Under the pieces are notes generated by a model. The model did no database searches. It saw nothing but the letters and a program-made list of their open reading frames with translations, and was not told the DNA's origin. Shown here piece after piece: positions 48,512-57,689 of a stretch of DNA of 64,000 nucleotides. Position 1 is the stretch's first letter. The number at the start of each line of letters is the position of its first letter. Location: contig CAXXWS020000002.1 of the NCBI GenBank assembly GCA_963665325.3, positions 640,001-704,000 on the forward strand. Reading direction: 5' to 3'. Source of the stretch: Alphaproteobacteria bacterium. Its GTDB lineage: Bacteria > Pseudomonadota > Alphaproteobacteria > Bin95. The translations under genes and the position numbers were made by a program.

Positions 48512-50107
48512 ATGAAGGCAGCGACAACACCGAGCCGGGTGAATCCGGTCTATCCGTTCCGAAAGCCGGACGATTTCGATGGGCGCGAACGGCACTACCC
48601 GGTCTGCGTGGTCGGCGCCGGGCCGGTCGGGCTTGCCGCTGCCATCGACCTCAAGCTTCGGGGCGTCGATGTCCTCCTGGTCGACGAAGACGACACGGTC
48701 AGCGCCGGTTCGCGGCTCATCTGCCTTGCCAAGCGCAGCCTGGAGATTTTCGCTCGCCTCGGCATCGGAGCGGAACTTGCCGCGAAGGGCGTGGTCTGGA
48801 ACCGGGGCAAGGTGTTCCACGGCGACGACCTCGTTTATGCCTTCGACCTGTTGCCGGAGGAGGGGCACCGCTGGCCGGCCTTCATCAACATCCAGCAATA
48901 TTATGTCGAGGAGTATCTGGTGGACCGCGCCCGGTCCCTCGGCATCGACCTGCGTTGGAAGACCCGGCTCACCGGGACCGAGGACCTGGGCGACGGGGTC
49001 CGAGTGCAGGTCTCGACGCCGGAAGGCGGCTATTCCTTCACCTGCGACTGGCTGCTGGCCTGCGACGGGGTACGCTCCACCGTGCGGGGCGGGCTCGATC
49101 TGCCGTTTCGCGGCCAGTCCTTCCCGGACCGTTTCCTGATCGCCGACGTGCGGATGAAAGCGGAGTTTCCTGCGGAGCGCCGCTTCTGGTTCGATCCGCC
49201 CTTCCATGCGGGCCGCTCGGCGCTGCTTCACAAGCAGCCCGACGATATCTGGCGCATTGACCTCCAACTCGGCCCCGACGCCGACCCCGAGGAAGAGGCG
49301 AAGCCGGAAAGGGTGCTCCCCCGCATCCGCGCCATGATCGGCCCGGACACGCCCTTCGATCTGGAATGGGTCTCCGTCTATACTTTCCGGTGCCGCCGGC
49401 TGGAGCGGTTCCGGCACGGCCGTATCTTCTTTCTCGGCGACGCCGCGCACCAGGTTTCGCCCTTCGGTGCGCGCGGCGGCAATGGCGGCATCCAGGATGC
49501 CGACAACCTTGCCTGGAAGCTCGCGGAAACGATCGCCGGGCGCGCCGGTGCCGCATTGCTCGACAGCTATGAGGCGGAGCGTATTCCCGCCGCCGACGAG
49601 AATATCCTCAACTCTTCGCGCTCGACCGACTTCATGACGCCCGTGGGCGGGGCGGCTGAGGCATTGCGGGACTCTGCGCTCTCGCTTTCGCGCACCCATG
49701 CCTTCGCCAGGAGCTTCGTCAACAGCGGTCGGCTTTCGACGCCGGCGCTGCTGGCTGGCTCCCCGCTCTCGACCGCCGACGAGCCCGAATGCGCCGATTT
49801 CAGCGGGCCGATGCGGCCGGGCGCGGCGGCGGTGGACGCGCCTTTCGGCAAGGGCTGGTGGCTGGACCGGATCGACGGCGGCTTCGAACTGCTGCACTTC
49901 ACGGACGAAGGCGGCACAGGGCCGGAACGCTGCGCCGGGCTGCCCGTACATTGCGCCAGGCCCGAAGGCCTGCTGGCGTCCCGCTATGATGGGCGGCCGG
50001 GCACGACATGGCTCTTCCGGCCCGACCAGCATGTCGCGGCGCGCTGGCGCAGCCTTGACTCGGCCCTCGTCGGCGCGGCGCTCGACCGCGCGCGAGGCCG
50101 ACCGTGA
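48512..50107 (+). CDS. FAD-dependent aromatic monooxygenase (MhpA/PheA-like)
   Basis: VGAGPVG, ACDG..S.VR, GDAAH...PFGARGGN.GIQD and RPDQHVAAR. Confidence 0.92.
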   Translation: MKAATTPSRVNPVYPFRKPDDFDGRERHYPVCVVGAGPVGLAAAIDLKLRGVDVLLVDEDDTVSAGSRLICLAKRSLEIFARLGIGAELAAKGVVWNRGKVFHGDDLVYAFDLLPEEGHRWPAFINIQQYYVEEYLVDRARSLGIDLRWKTRLTGTEDLGDGVRVQVSTPEGGYSFTCDWLLACDGVRSTVRGGLDLPFRGQSFPDRFLIADVRMKAEFPAERRFWFDPPFHAGRSALLHKQPDDIWRIDLQLGPDADPEEEAKPERVLPRIRAMIGPDTPFDLEWVSVYTFRCRRLERFRHGRIFFLGDAAHQVSPFGARGGNGGIQDADNLAWKLAETIAGRAGAALLDSYEAERIPAADENILNSSRSTDFMTPVGGAAEALRDSALSLSRTHAFARSFVNSGRLSTPALLAGSPLSTADEPECADFSGPMRPGAAAVDAPFGKGWWLDRIDGGFELLHFTDEGGTGPERCAGLPVHCARPEGLLASRYDGRPGTTWLFRPDQHVAARWRSLDSALVGAALDRARGRP

Positions 50108-50313
50108 ACCGGGCCGACGATATCTTCGCCGCCCTGGTGGAGGCGCATCGCGGCCTCGACGAGGAAGAAAGCCTCCGGCTGGATGCTCGGCTCATCCTGT
50201 TGCTCGCCAACGAAGTCGGCGACGGCGACCGGGTGCTCGCGCTGATCGAGGAAGCGCACACCTCCAGAGGCGTGCCGAATGATGCACCCGTGTCCGGCTC
50301 CGGCGAAGGCTAG
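50104..50313 (+). CDS. DUF2783-like small protein
   Basis: DD.FAALVEAHRGL.EEES..LDARLILLLAN.VGD pattern, coupled to the monooxygenase. Confidence 0.85.
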   Translation: MNRADDIFAALVEAHRGLDEEESLRLDARLILLLANEVGDGDRVLALIEEAHTSRGVPNDAPVSGSGEG

Positions 50314-50488
50314 AAAAACGCTCTCGTTCAGCAGTCTCCGCTGTTTCGTACCACTGCATTGTAGTAAGCTGAGGCAGTCCCGGTTAGACGAACCGGGCCG
50401 GACTGCGGCGGGGCTGCCCGGGCCCATGTGCCGGCCGCCCTTCGACGGAAGCTGATGCAGCGAGGCTGCGAGAGAAGGAGGGCATACC

Positions 50489-51481
50489 ATGAAAAGGAAA
50501 ATTTACGCGGCCTTGGCCGCCTGCGCGCTGTTCGGCGCGGCCGCTGGCGCTCACGCAGCGGATGTCACGGTCGGCTACCAGCTGGTGTATGGGCCGTGGA
50601 AAGCCAAGATGGAAGAGCTCAAGGCGAACGGGCTCGGCGGCAAGAGCATCGAGTTCGTGAGGTTCACCTCGGGCACCGAAGTCATCAACGCGATGGCCTC
50701 CGGCTCGGTGGATATCTCTCTCAACGGTTCGTCGCCGACCGCGGCGGGCTACAGCCGGGGCGTCGAACTTCAGGTCATCTATGTCTACGACAACATCAAC
50801 AATGCGGAGGCTCTGGTCGTCGATGACTCCATAACCGCTCCGCAGGACCTCAAAGGGAAGACGATCGGAGTCCCCTTCGGCTCCACCACTCATTTCCACA
50901 TGATGTTCGCGCTCGAGCAGTTCAACATCTCAACAGGGGATCTCGACGTGCTCGACATGTCGCCGCCGGACATGGTCGCCGCTTGGGAGCGCGGGGACAT
51001 CAATGGCGGGTTCGTCTGGGACCCAGCCCTCGGCCGCATGAAGGAAAAGGGCCGTGTGCTGCTGACTTCGGGCGATCTCAGCAACTGGGGCAAGGCCACC
51101 TTCGACGCGATGGTGGCGCGCAAGGGCTTCACCGACGAAAATCCGGAATTTGCCTGCCAGTGGGTGAAGATGGTCTCGTCGGCTGACGCCGACTACCGCG
51201 CCAATCCGGGCGCCTACGGGCCGGGCACGGACAATGCCATGGGCATCGCCGATGCGGTTTCCGGCAACGCGGACCAGGTCGGCGGCGTGCTCGCGCTCTA
51301 CGACTATCCGACGCTTGAGGAGCAGGTGTCCGCCACCTGGCTCGGCGGCGGGGTGCAGAACGCGCTGATGGCGGCGTCGGCTTTCCTCGTGGAGCAGGGC
51401 AAGCTGGATAACGTCCTCGACGACTATTCCGGGTCCGCTACGCCCAAATTCGCCCAGATGGTGCTGGACGGAGGTTGTTGA
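50489..51481 (+). CDS. tauA: taurine-type ABC transporter substrate-binding protein
   Basis: Signal peptide; VTVGYQ, F.SG.EVI.AMASG.VD, VPFGSTTH and AWERGDI...VWDP; SD GAAGGAGG upstream. Confidence 0.82.
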   Translation: MKRKIYAALAACALFGAAAGAHAADVTVGYQLVYGPWKAKMEELKANGLGGKSIEFVRFTSGTEVINAMASGSVDISLNGSSPTAAGYSRGVELQVIYVYDNINNAEALVVDDSITAPQDLKGKTIGVPFGSTTHFHMMFALEQFNISTGDLDVLDMSPPDMVAAWERGDINGGFVWDPALGRMKEKGRVLLTSGDLSNWGKATFDAMVARKGFTDENPEFACQWVKMVSSADADYRANPGAYGPGTDNAMGIADAVSGNADQVGGVLALYDYPTLEEQVSATWLGGGVQNALMAASAFLVEQGKLDNVLDDYSGSATPKFAQMVLDGGC

Positions 51482-51490
51482 GCGGCTTGG

Positions 51491-51516
51491 GCTGCCCGGT
51501 TTCCGGACCGGGCAGC
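51491..51516 (+). other. intercistronic stem-loop after the binding-protein gene
   Basis: GCTGCCCGGT-TTCCGG-ACCGGGCAGC, a perfect 10-bp stem without a U-tail. Confidence 0.6.
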
Positions 51517-51542
51517 ACGCTTGAGGTTGCGAGCAGGCAGGC

Positions 51543-52343
51543 ATGACTGCAATCGTCAGCCTGAACCGCGTAAGCGTCGAGTTCCCGGCGGTGGACGGCG
51601 CGGGCGTGGTGAGGGCGCTCGAAGATGTGAGTCTCGACTTCCGCGACAATGAGTTCGTCGTGGCGCTCGGGGCGTCCGGTTGCGGCAAGACGACATTGCT
51701 CAATGTCATCGCGGGATTCCTGCAGCCGACCTCGGGAGAAATCCTTCACAAGGACGCGCCGATCCGCGGCCCCGGTCCGGACCGCGGCGTGGTCTTCCAG
51801 AAACACGCGCTCCTGCCGTGGCTCAATGTTCTTGAAAACACCGAGTTCGGGCTGAAGCTCCAGGGCGTTGCGAAGGAGGACCGCCTGTCCAGGGCCCGCG
51901 ACTATCTGGCCCTGGTCGGGCTGTCCGACTTCGAGCGCTATCCGATCTACCAGCTTTCCGGGGGCATGCAGCAGCGTGTCGGTCTCGCCCGCGCGCTGAC
52001 CTGCGACCCCGACATGCTGCTCATGGACGAGCCGCTGGGGGCGCTCGATGCGTTCACCCGCGAGAACATGCAGGAGCTTGTTCTCGATGCCTGGAGAAAG
52101 ACCCGGAAGGTTGTATTCTTCATCACCCACAGCGTCGAGGAAGCCCTGTTCATGGCAACCCGGCTGATCGTGATGTCGCCACGACCGGGTCGCATAACGC
52201 ACACCTACGATATCGACTTCTGCGACCGCTTCTTCGAGACCGGCAATGCGCGGGCGATCAAGTCGTCGCCGGACTTCATTGCGCTTCGCGAGGAAGTGCT
52301 GTCGATCATCTACGGCGAAGAAACCGGTGACGGGCTGCCATGA
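51543..52343 (+). CDS. tauB: taurine-type ABC transporter ATP-binding protein
   Basis: GASGCGKTT, LSGGMQQR, MDEPLGALD and ITHSVEEA. Confidence 0.85.
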   Translation: MTAIVSLNRVSVEFPAVDGAGVVRALEDVSLDFRDNEFVVALGASGCGKTTLLNVIAGFLQPTSGEILHKDAPIRGPGPDRGVVFQKHALLPWLNVLENTEFGLKLQGVAKEDRLSRARDYLALVGLSDFERYPIYQLSGGMQQRVGLARALTCDPDMLLMDEPLGALDAFTRENMQELVLDAWRKTRKVVFFITHSVEEALFMATRLIVMSPRPGRITHTYDIDFCDRFFETGNARAIKSSPDFIALREEVLSIIYGEETGDGLP

Positions 52344-53233
52344 TGCGCGGCCTTTTCAAGCGGCGCGGGCCGCAGGCAGTCGAGCAGTACGGCGCGCCGG
52401 GGCAAGGCTCGGGCACGGCGATTAGCGCCGTCACGATCGTCTTGATTCTCGGAGGCTGGTGGGTGGTCACGCAGCTTGGGCTGATCCGGCCCCTGTTCCT
52501 GCCCGCTCCCGAGATGGTGATCTCGAAATTCGCAAAGATCGCCTGTACGGAGCACTATTTCGAGCAGGTGCTTGTCGCGGTCGGCGGTCTGGCGGAGGTC
52601 GGAGCGAAGTGCCACGGTTTCAGCGACCACGCGCTGCACGAGCACATTCTCTGGAGCCTCTACCGCGTCTTCGGCGCCTTCGCCCTTGCCACCGTGACGG
52701 CGGTGCCTATCGGCATCGCGATGGGCATGAACCGCCATGCGCGGGGCGTTTTCGATCCGCCCATCGAGTTCTACCGCCCGATCCCGCCGCTCGCCTACCT
52801 GCCGCTGACGATCATCTGGTTCGGCATCGGCGAGTCCGGCAAGCTGTTCCTCATCTTCCTCGCCTGTTTCGCCCCCATCGCCATCAACGCGCGCGCGGGC
52901 GTGCGCTCGGTCTCCATAGAGCAGATACACGCCGCTTACTCGATGGGAGCGAGCCACCGGCAGGTCCTGCGCCAGGTCGTGCTGAAGGCCGCACTGCCGG
53001 AGATCCTGACGGGCATGCGGGTCGCCATCGCGTTCGGATGGACGACGCTGGTGGCGGCCGAAATGGTGGCCGCCAAGGCGGGCATCGGCGTCATGGTGCT
53101 GAATGCGGCAAGGTTCCTCGCCACCGATATCGTCTTTCTGGGAATCATCGTGATCGGCGCCGTGGCGTTTATTTTCGACCTCATGATGCGCCGGTTCGAA
53201 CGCGCCCTCGTTCCATGGAAGGGCAAGGTATGA
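52340..53233 (+). CDS. tauC: taurine-type ABC transporter permease
   Basis: LFLPAP, EFYRPIPPLAYLPL, GWTTLVAAE and LVPWKGK. Confidence 0.85.
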   Translation: MMRGLFKRRGPQAVEQYGAPGQGSGTAISAVTIVLILGGWWVVTQLGLIRPLFLPAPEMVISKFAKIACTEHYFEQVLVAVGGLAEVGAKCHGFSDHALHEHILWSLYRVFGAFALATVTAVPIGIAMGMNRHARGVFDPPIEFYRPIPPLAYLPLTIIWFGIGESGKLFLIFLACFAPIAINARAGVRSVSIEQIHAAYSMGASHRQVLRQVVLKAALPEILTGMRVAIAFGWTTLVAAEMVAAKAGIGVMVLNAARFLATDIVFLGIIVIGAVAFIFDLMMRRFERALVPWKGKV

Positions 53234-53943
53234 AGTTGCTCGTCTTCCAGCATGTGGAATGCGAACACCCGGGATCGCTGCGTCGGTTTCTGGCCCGGGA
53301 CGGTGTCCATTGGGACGCGGTCGAACTCGACCGGGGCGAGGCCATCCCCGACCTCGACGGGTATGACGCCCTTTGGGTCATGGGCGGTCCGATGGACGTC
53401 TGGGACATCGAGGACAACCCCTGGCTGGTGGCCGAGAAGGTGGCAATCCGCCAGTGGGTGGCCGAGTTGAAGAAACCCTTTCTGGGCATTTGCCTGGGCC
53501 ACCAATTGCTGGCGGACGCGCTCGGAGGCACCTGCGGCCCGCAAACGCCGCCGGAAATTGGCATTCTGGACATCGAGCTGACGGAGGACGGGCGAAACGA
53601 CCGTCTGATGACGGGGCTGCCCGCTACTCAGAAATGCCTGCAGTGGCATGCGGTTCGGGTTGCCCAGGCGCCGGAGGGAGCAGCCGTCCTCGCGAGGTCT
53701 GCGTTGTCGCCGATTCAGGCGATGCGCGTGAACGAGAATGCCTGGTCGATGCAATACCATGTCGAAGTGGAACCGGACACGGTGGAAAACTGGGCCACGA
53801 TCCCCGACTATCTGGAGGATCTGATCGACGCATTGGGCGACAACGGCGTTGCCGAGTTGCGCGCAGACGCCGAGCAGGAAATGCCCGGGTTCCTGAGCGC
53901 CTCGGAGTCCCTCTACACGAACTTCATGGAAGCCGTCCGATAG
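53230..53943 (+). CDS. class I glutamine amidotransferase-like protein
   Basis: FQHV..EHPG, MGGPM, LGICLGHQLL and QYHVE (Cys-His-Glu triad); ATGA overlap with tauC. Confidence 0.88.
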   Translation: MKLLVFQHVECEHPGSLRRFLARDGVHWDAVELDRGEAIPDLDGYDALWVMGGPMDVWDIEDNPWLVAEKVAIRQWVAELKKPFLGICLGHQLLADALGGTCGPQTPPEIGILDIELTEDGRNDRLMTGLPATQKCLQWHAVRVAQAPEGAAVLARSALSPIQAMRVNENAWSMQYHVEVEPDTVENWATIPDYLEDLIDALGDNGVAELRADAEQEMPGFLSASESLYTNFMEAVR

Positions 53944-53950
53944 AAGGGCG

Positions 53951-54640
53951 TCAGACCGGGCGGTCGCCCTCCAGAATGATGCGCCAGAGCGTCCGGGAGT
54001 GCTGCCGGTCGTAGTCTCCGTGGGCGCGGTGCATCGCGGCCCGGTTGTCGCAGACGACCATGTCGCCCTGCCGCCAGCTGTGGCGGTAGACGATGCCGTC
54101 CTGGATCGTGCGGTCCAGCAGGTCCTGCAGCAGCGTCTGCGAGGCTTCCGGCTTCATGCCCTCGATGCAGCGGGCCTTGGTGATGTGGAAATAGAGCGCT
54201 CTTGAGCCGTGCTCGGGATGGGTGCGGACCATGGGGTGGATCGCAGGGATATCGTATTTTTCCCAATCCTCGGCGCGCGTGTCGGTCAGGTGGCGGTCGA
54301 GCCCGTTGACCGTCTTCAGCCCTGCAAGGCGCTCCCGCTCGTCCGCATCGAGGCCCGCATAGGCCGCGCGCATGTTCGCGAAACTGGTGTCGCCGCCCTC
54401 GGGCGGGATTTCCACACCGTAGAGGATCGTCGCCTTGGGCGGGCGCTCGCGGTTGGTGTGGTCCGTGTGCCAGCGTTCGGCCGGGCGCTGTCCGTTGCGG
54501 TGCCAGATGCGCCCGATCATCGGTTGGTCCGGCATGTTGTGCTGGCTGTAATGCTGCGCCATCGGTTCGCCGAGCTGCGAGCAGGCCGCCAGATACTCGT
54601 CAGGCGTGAAGTTCTGTTCGCGGAACACCAGCACAACGCA
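53951..54640 (-). pseudogene. TauD/TfdA Fe(II)/2-oxoglutarate dioxygenase, 5'-truncated
   Basis: VLVFREQ, WHTD, GGDTSFAN, HPMVRTHP and DNRAAMH motifs. The N-terminal segment is missing, with an in-frame TAG at about 54650. Confidence 0.8.
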
Positions 54641-54687
54641 CCTGCGGTGCTAAGAGGTTGATAAAGCGTCTGTTTTTCCTCGTGCAA

Positions 54688-54734
54688 TTGCAGGTCAGGG
54701 ACAAAAATGCAAGTGCATTTTCCCCCGCCTGCAA
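54688..54734. repeat. imperfect palindrome upstream of the integrases
   Basis: TTGCAGG...GGG...AAAATGCA-AG-TGCATTTT-CCC...CCTGCAA. Confidence 0.6.
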
Positions 54735-54754
54735 CAGAACGCAGGAGGGAATCC

Positions 54755-55876
54755 ATGTCCAATGTCCGCCTCAGCCAGAGCCGGGTCGAGGCCCTTGAGG
54801 CCCGGAGAGCGCCATACGACATCCGCGACCGTGACTTGAGGGGCTTCGGCGTCCGGGTCCTGCCCTCTGGCGCCAGGCGATATTTCGTTCACAGCCAGCA
54901 TGAGGGACGACGTTTCTGGAAGACTGTCGGAGACGCCGGCAGCATCGGTCTTGACGAGGCCCGCCGACGGGCGACGGAACTGCTCGCCGCTTTCCGGCGC
55001 GACGAGCCGCCTGCCCTGCCGGAGGAGAGGCTGTTCGAGGCCGTTGCCGAGGAGGTCTTCGACCGCTACGGGCGGCACTGGAAGCCCCGGACCATGAAGG
55101 TCAACCGGAACTATCTGCGCAACCAGATCCTGCCCTGGTTCCGGGGACGGGATATCGCCGACATCGACCGGCAGGATGTGCAAAAGTGGTTCGCCTCGTT
55201 GCGCGCCACGCCCGTGGCGGCCGACCGGTCCGCGCCGGTGCTGTCGGTCATCATGCGCCAGGCCGAGCTTTACGGCTGGCGCCCGGAAGGCAGCAATCCC
55301 TGTGTGGGCATCCGCCGCTACCGGCGCAAGGGACGCGAGCGCTTCCTGTCCGGGCAGGAACTTCTCCGTCTCGGGACCGTGCTCGACAGCCACGAGGCTG
55401 CGCATCCGCGGGAGGTATCGTTCGTCCGCCTGCTGCTGCTGACCGGCTGCCGGGTCAGCGAGATTGCGACCCTCCAGTGGTCCGACTACCGGGAGGGCCG
55501 CCTGTTCCTGCGCGACGGCAAGGCCGGCCCCCGGACTGTGTGGCTGTCCTCGCCCGCGCGCGCCGTGCTGGCCCGGCTTCCCCGGAAGGGAAAGTGGGTT
55601 TTCCCCTCGCCGCAGCGGCGCGGGCCGCTCTCCGTGACGGTCTTCGAGACCTTCTGGCGCCGGGTCCGGCAGGAGGCGGGCATTGCCGACGTGCGGCTTC
55701 ACGATTGCCGCCACACATATGCCAGCATCGCCGTCATGCGGGGCGAAACCGTCACCACGACGGCGCGGCTGCTCGGCCACAACGACGCGGCGACGACGCT
55801 GAAATACGCCCATCTGTCCGACCGTTCGGCGCGCGAGGCTGCCGACGCCCTCGCCGCCATTCTCGGGGAGGTCTGA
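54755..55876 (+). CDS. tyrosine recombinase/integrase with an N-terminal arm-binding domain
   Basis: RDRDLRGFGVRV.PSG arm domain; TGCR..E, DGK, LHDCRH, LLGH and TLKYAH catalytic set intact; SD GGAGGG. Confidence 0.95.
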   Translation: MSNVRLSQSRVEALEARRAPYDIRDRDLRGFGVRVLPSGARRYFVHSQHEGRRFWKTVGDAGSIGLDEARRRATELLAAFRRDEPPALPEERLFEAVAEEVFDRYGRHWKPRTMKVNRNYLRNQILPWFRGRDIADIDRQDVQKWFASLRATPVAADRSAPVLSVIMRQAELYGWRPEGSNPCVGIRRYRRKGRERFLSGQELLRLGTVLDSHEAAHPREVSFVRLLLLTGCRVSEIATLQWSDYREGRLFLRDGKAGPRTVWLSSPARAVLARLPRKGKWVFPSPQRRGPLSVTVFETFWRRVRQEAGIADVRLHDCRHTYASIAVMRGETVTTTARLLGHNDAATTLKYAHLSDRSAREAADALAAILGEV

Positions 55877-55879
55877 TCC

Positions 55880-57043
55880 ATGCCGGTACGGAAAAGGCTC
55901 ACCGACGCCGGCATTGCGCGGCTCCACCCCGAGACGCGCGAATACACGGTATGGGATACCCGGGTCGCCGGTCTCGGGGTCAGGGTCCGCCCCACCGGCA
56001 GCCGGACCTTCATCTACAGCTTCAAGACGGCCGGCGGCTTGCGGAAATTGTCCTTCGGCCCGGCGGTGCTCGGTAGGGTCGAGGAGGTGCGCCGCGCCTG
56101 TCTTGCGGCGGCGGCCGAGGCTGCAACGGCGGCTGAGACGGACGAGCGGCCCCGCGAGGCAGTGCCGCTCTTCCGGGATTTCGTTGCCGGCCCCTGGAAG
56201 GCGGACCGCTTCGACCGCTGCAAGCCTTCCACGCAGAGGAGCTTCGCCGGCATCCTGAAACGCCAGCTGCTTCCGGCCTTCGGGTCCCGCCGTCTCGACC
56301 GGATTACCCGCAGAATGGCGGTCCGCTGGTTCGAGACCTACAGCAGGACCGCTCCGGGAACGGCCAATGTCGCTCTCGACCTGCTGGGGCAGATATTCCG
56401 CCATGCGCGCGCCTGCGGCCATATTGCCGCCGATCCTGTCAGAGGCATCGCTCGCAATCCCGTGAGGAATCACACCCGGTTCCTGTCCCGCGAGGAAATC
56501 GCCCGGCTTCACCGGGTCCTTGACCGACACGCCGAAGGCTCCGCGTCGCAGGCGCAGCAGGCCGACATCGTCCGCCTGCTGCTGCTCACCGGCTGCCGCA
56601 AGGGCGAAATCCTGCGCCTGCGCCGGGACGAGGTGAAGGAGGATCGGCTGGAACTCGCCGACAGCAAGACCGGGCCGAGAACCGTTCTGCTGAATGCCGG
56701 CGCACGGAAAATCCTGGCGCGCCGCATGGCGCAGGGAGAAGGTCCCTGGGTCTTTCCTTCCGCCGGCGATCCGTCCCGGCATCAGTTCTACGGGCTTCGG
56801 CTCTGGTATGTCGTGAGACGCGAGGCGGGTATTGAGGATGTGCGCCTTCACGACCTTCGCCATACGGTAGCCAGCCAGGCCGTGCTGAACGGCGTGCCCT
56901 TGACCGTCACCGCCCGCCTCCTCGGTCACAGCGACGTGCGCATGACCCTGCGCTACGCGCATGTCGGAGACCGCGAGGTCGAAGCAGCGGCCGAGCGGGT
57001 CGGAGCGGCAATGGCCGCCGCGATGGCGCCTTGCCGCGACTGA
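55880..57043 (+). CDS. second tyrosine recombinase/integrase with an arm-binding domain
   Basis: WDTRVAGLGVRVRPTG arm domain; TGCRKGE, DSK, LHDLRH, LLGH and TLRYAH intact. Confidence 0.95.
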   Translation: MPVRKRLTDAGIARLHPETREYTVWDTRVAGLGVRVRPTGSRTFIYSFKTAGGLRKLSFGPAVLGRVEEVRRACLAAAAEAATAAETDERPREAVPLFRDFVAGPWKADRFDRCKPSTQRSFAGILKRQLLPAFGSRRLDRITRRMAVRWFETYSRTAPGTANVALDLLGQIFRHARACGHIAADPVRGIARNPVRNHTRFLSREEIARLHRVLDRHAEGSASQAQQADIVRLLLLTGCRKGEILRLRRDEVKEDRLELADSKTGPRTVLLNAGARKILARRMAQGEGPWVFPSAGDPSRHQFYGLRLWYVVRREAGIEDVRLHDLRHTVASQAVLNGVPLTVTARLLGHSDVRMTLRYAHVGDREVEAAAERVGAAMAAAMAPCRD

Positions 57044-57058
57044 AGGGATGCGTCGCTT

Positions 57059-57368
57059 TCACCACCGCGCCGCGATTTCCACGCCGACAGTGTGCTGTGG
57101 CGCTTGCGTGCCGCTTTCCCTGCGGGTCGCCTTGAGCCCGAACGACAGGTTGGGCGCGGTTGCGGCTTCCGGTGTCAGCCGCCAGCCGAGGCTGTAGTCG
57201 CGCCCACCGGTGGCGAGGCCGAGGCCCATATGCGGTGCCGGTACAGCGACCGTCGAACGCCGGGAAGCCCCAGGCCGCCTTCATCGACCAGCGCGCCGAC
57301 GCCTCGCTGCTGCCCTCGCGATCCTCCAGCGGCTCCGCCGTGGACAGCGCATCCAGGCCGCCGCCCGC
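57059..57368 (-). pseudogene. C-terminal remnant of an autotransporter-like beta-barrel
   Basis: GGLDAL...RWSMKAAWGFPAFDGR / PHMGLGLATGGRDYSLGWRLTP...HTVGVEIAARW-stop, with one frameshift and a terminal Trp. Confidence 0.65.
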
Positions 57369-57566
57369 CCGCCCCGATCCTGAATCGGGCGCACATCCAG
57401 CCCGAAGCGGTCGGCGAACTTCTGCCGGCTCGGCTTCGTGCGCTTACGCAGCGCGACGATCCGCTAGGCGACAGGGTCGTCCACGATCCGGCAGGGCAAC
57501 GCCGTCTCGCCCCGCAGTGGGGTAGCACCTCGCCTGGCGCCGCACTGCTGAAATCGGGCAACCCAT
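57369..57566 (-). pseudogene. decayed XRE-HTH antitoxin (HigA/NadS-like)
   Basis: GEVL.H / LRGETALPCRIVDDPVA*RIVALRKR.K.SRQKFADRFGLD.R.IQD; internal stop, frameshift, 3' end missing. Confidence 0.6.
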
Positions 57567-57602
57567 TGAGAAACCGCCGATATACAACTTCCCCTTTTTT
57601 GC

Positions 57603-57638
57603 TTTGGACCCTTCTCAATCGGTCCTTTTGGGTCCAAA
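57603..57638. repeat. 9-bp inverted repeat at the GC-content transition
   Basis: TTTGGACCC-N18-GGGTCCAAA. Confidence 0.6.
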
Positions 57639-57689
57639 CTGTCGTCGAAGCGAGATGGGAAACTCTGTCAAGACGGCGGGAGCCAGAAA

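Noticed and set aside
50314-50488. Guanidine-type riboswitch in the tauA leader (hairpins with GACG loops)
   Set aside because: Hairpins are present, but the closing pairs and spacing do not match the guanidine-I/II/III consensus as I recall it; an Rfam scan would settle it.
165-54000. Many long ORFs antisense to or overlapping real genes (e.g. 352-2055, 6174-8282, 32285-34393, 43907-46102, 46087-48438)
   Set aside because: These are shadow ORFs expected in high-GC DNA; they have no recognisable motifs and lie opposite well-supported genes.
54695-56962. 755-aa minus-strand ORF spanning both integrases
   Set aside because: It is the antisense shadow of the integrase genes and has no independent domain signal.
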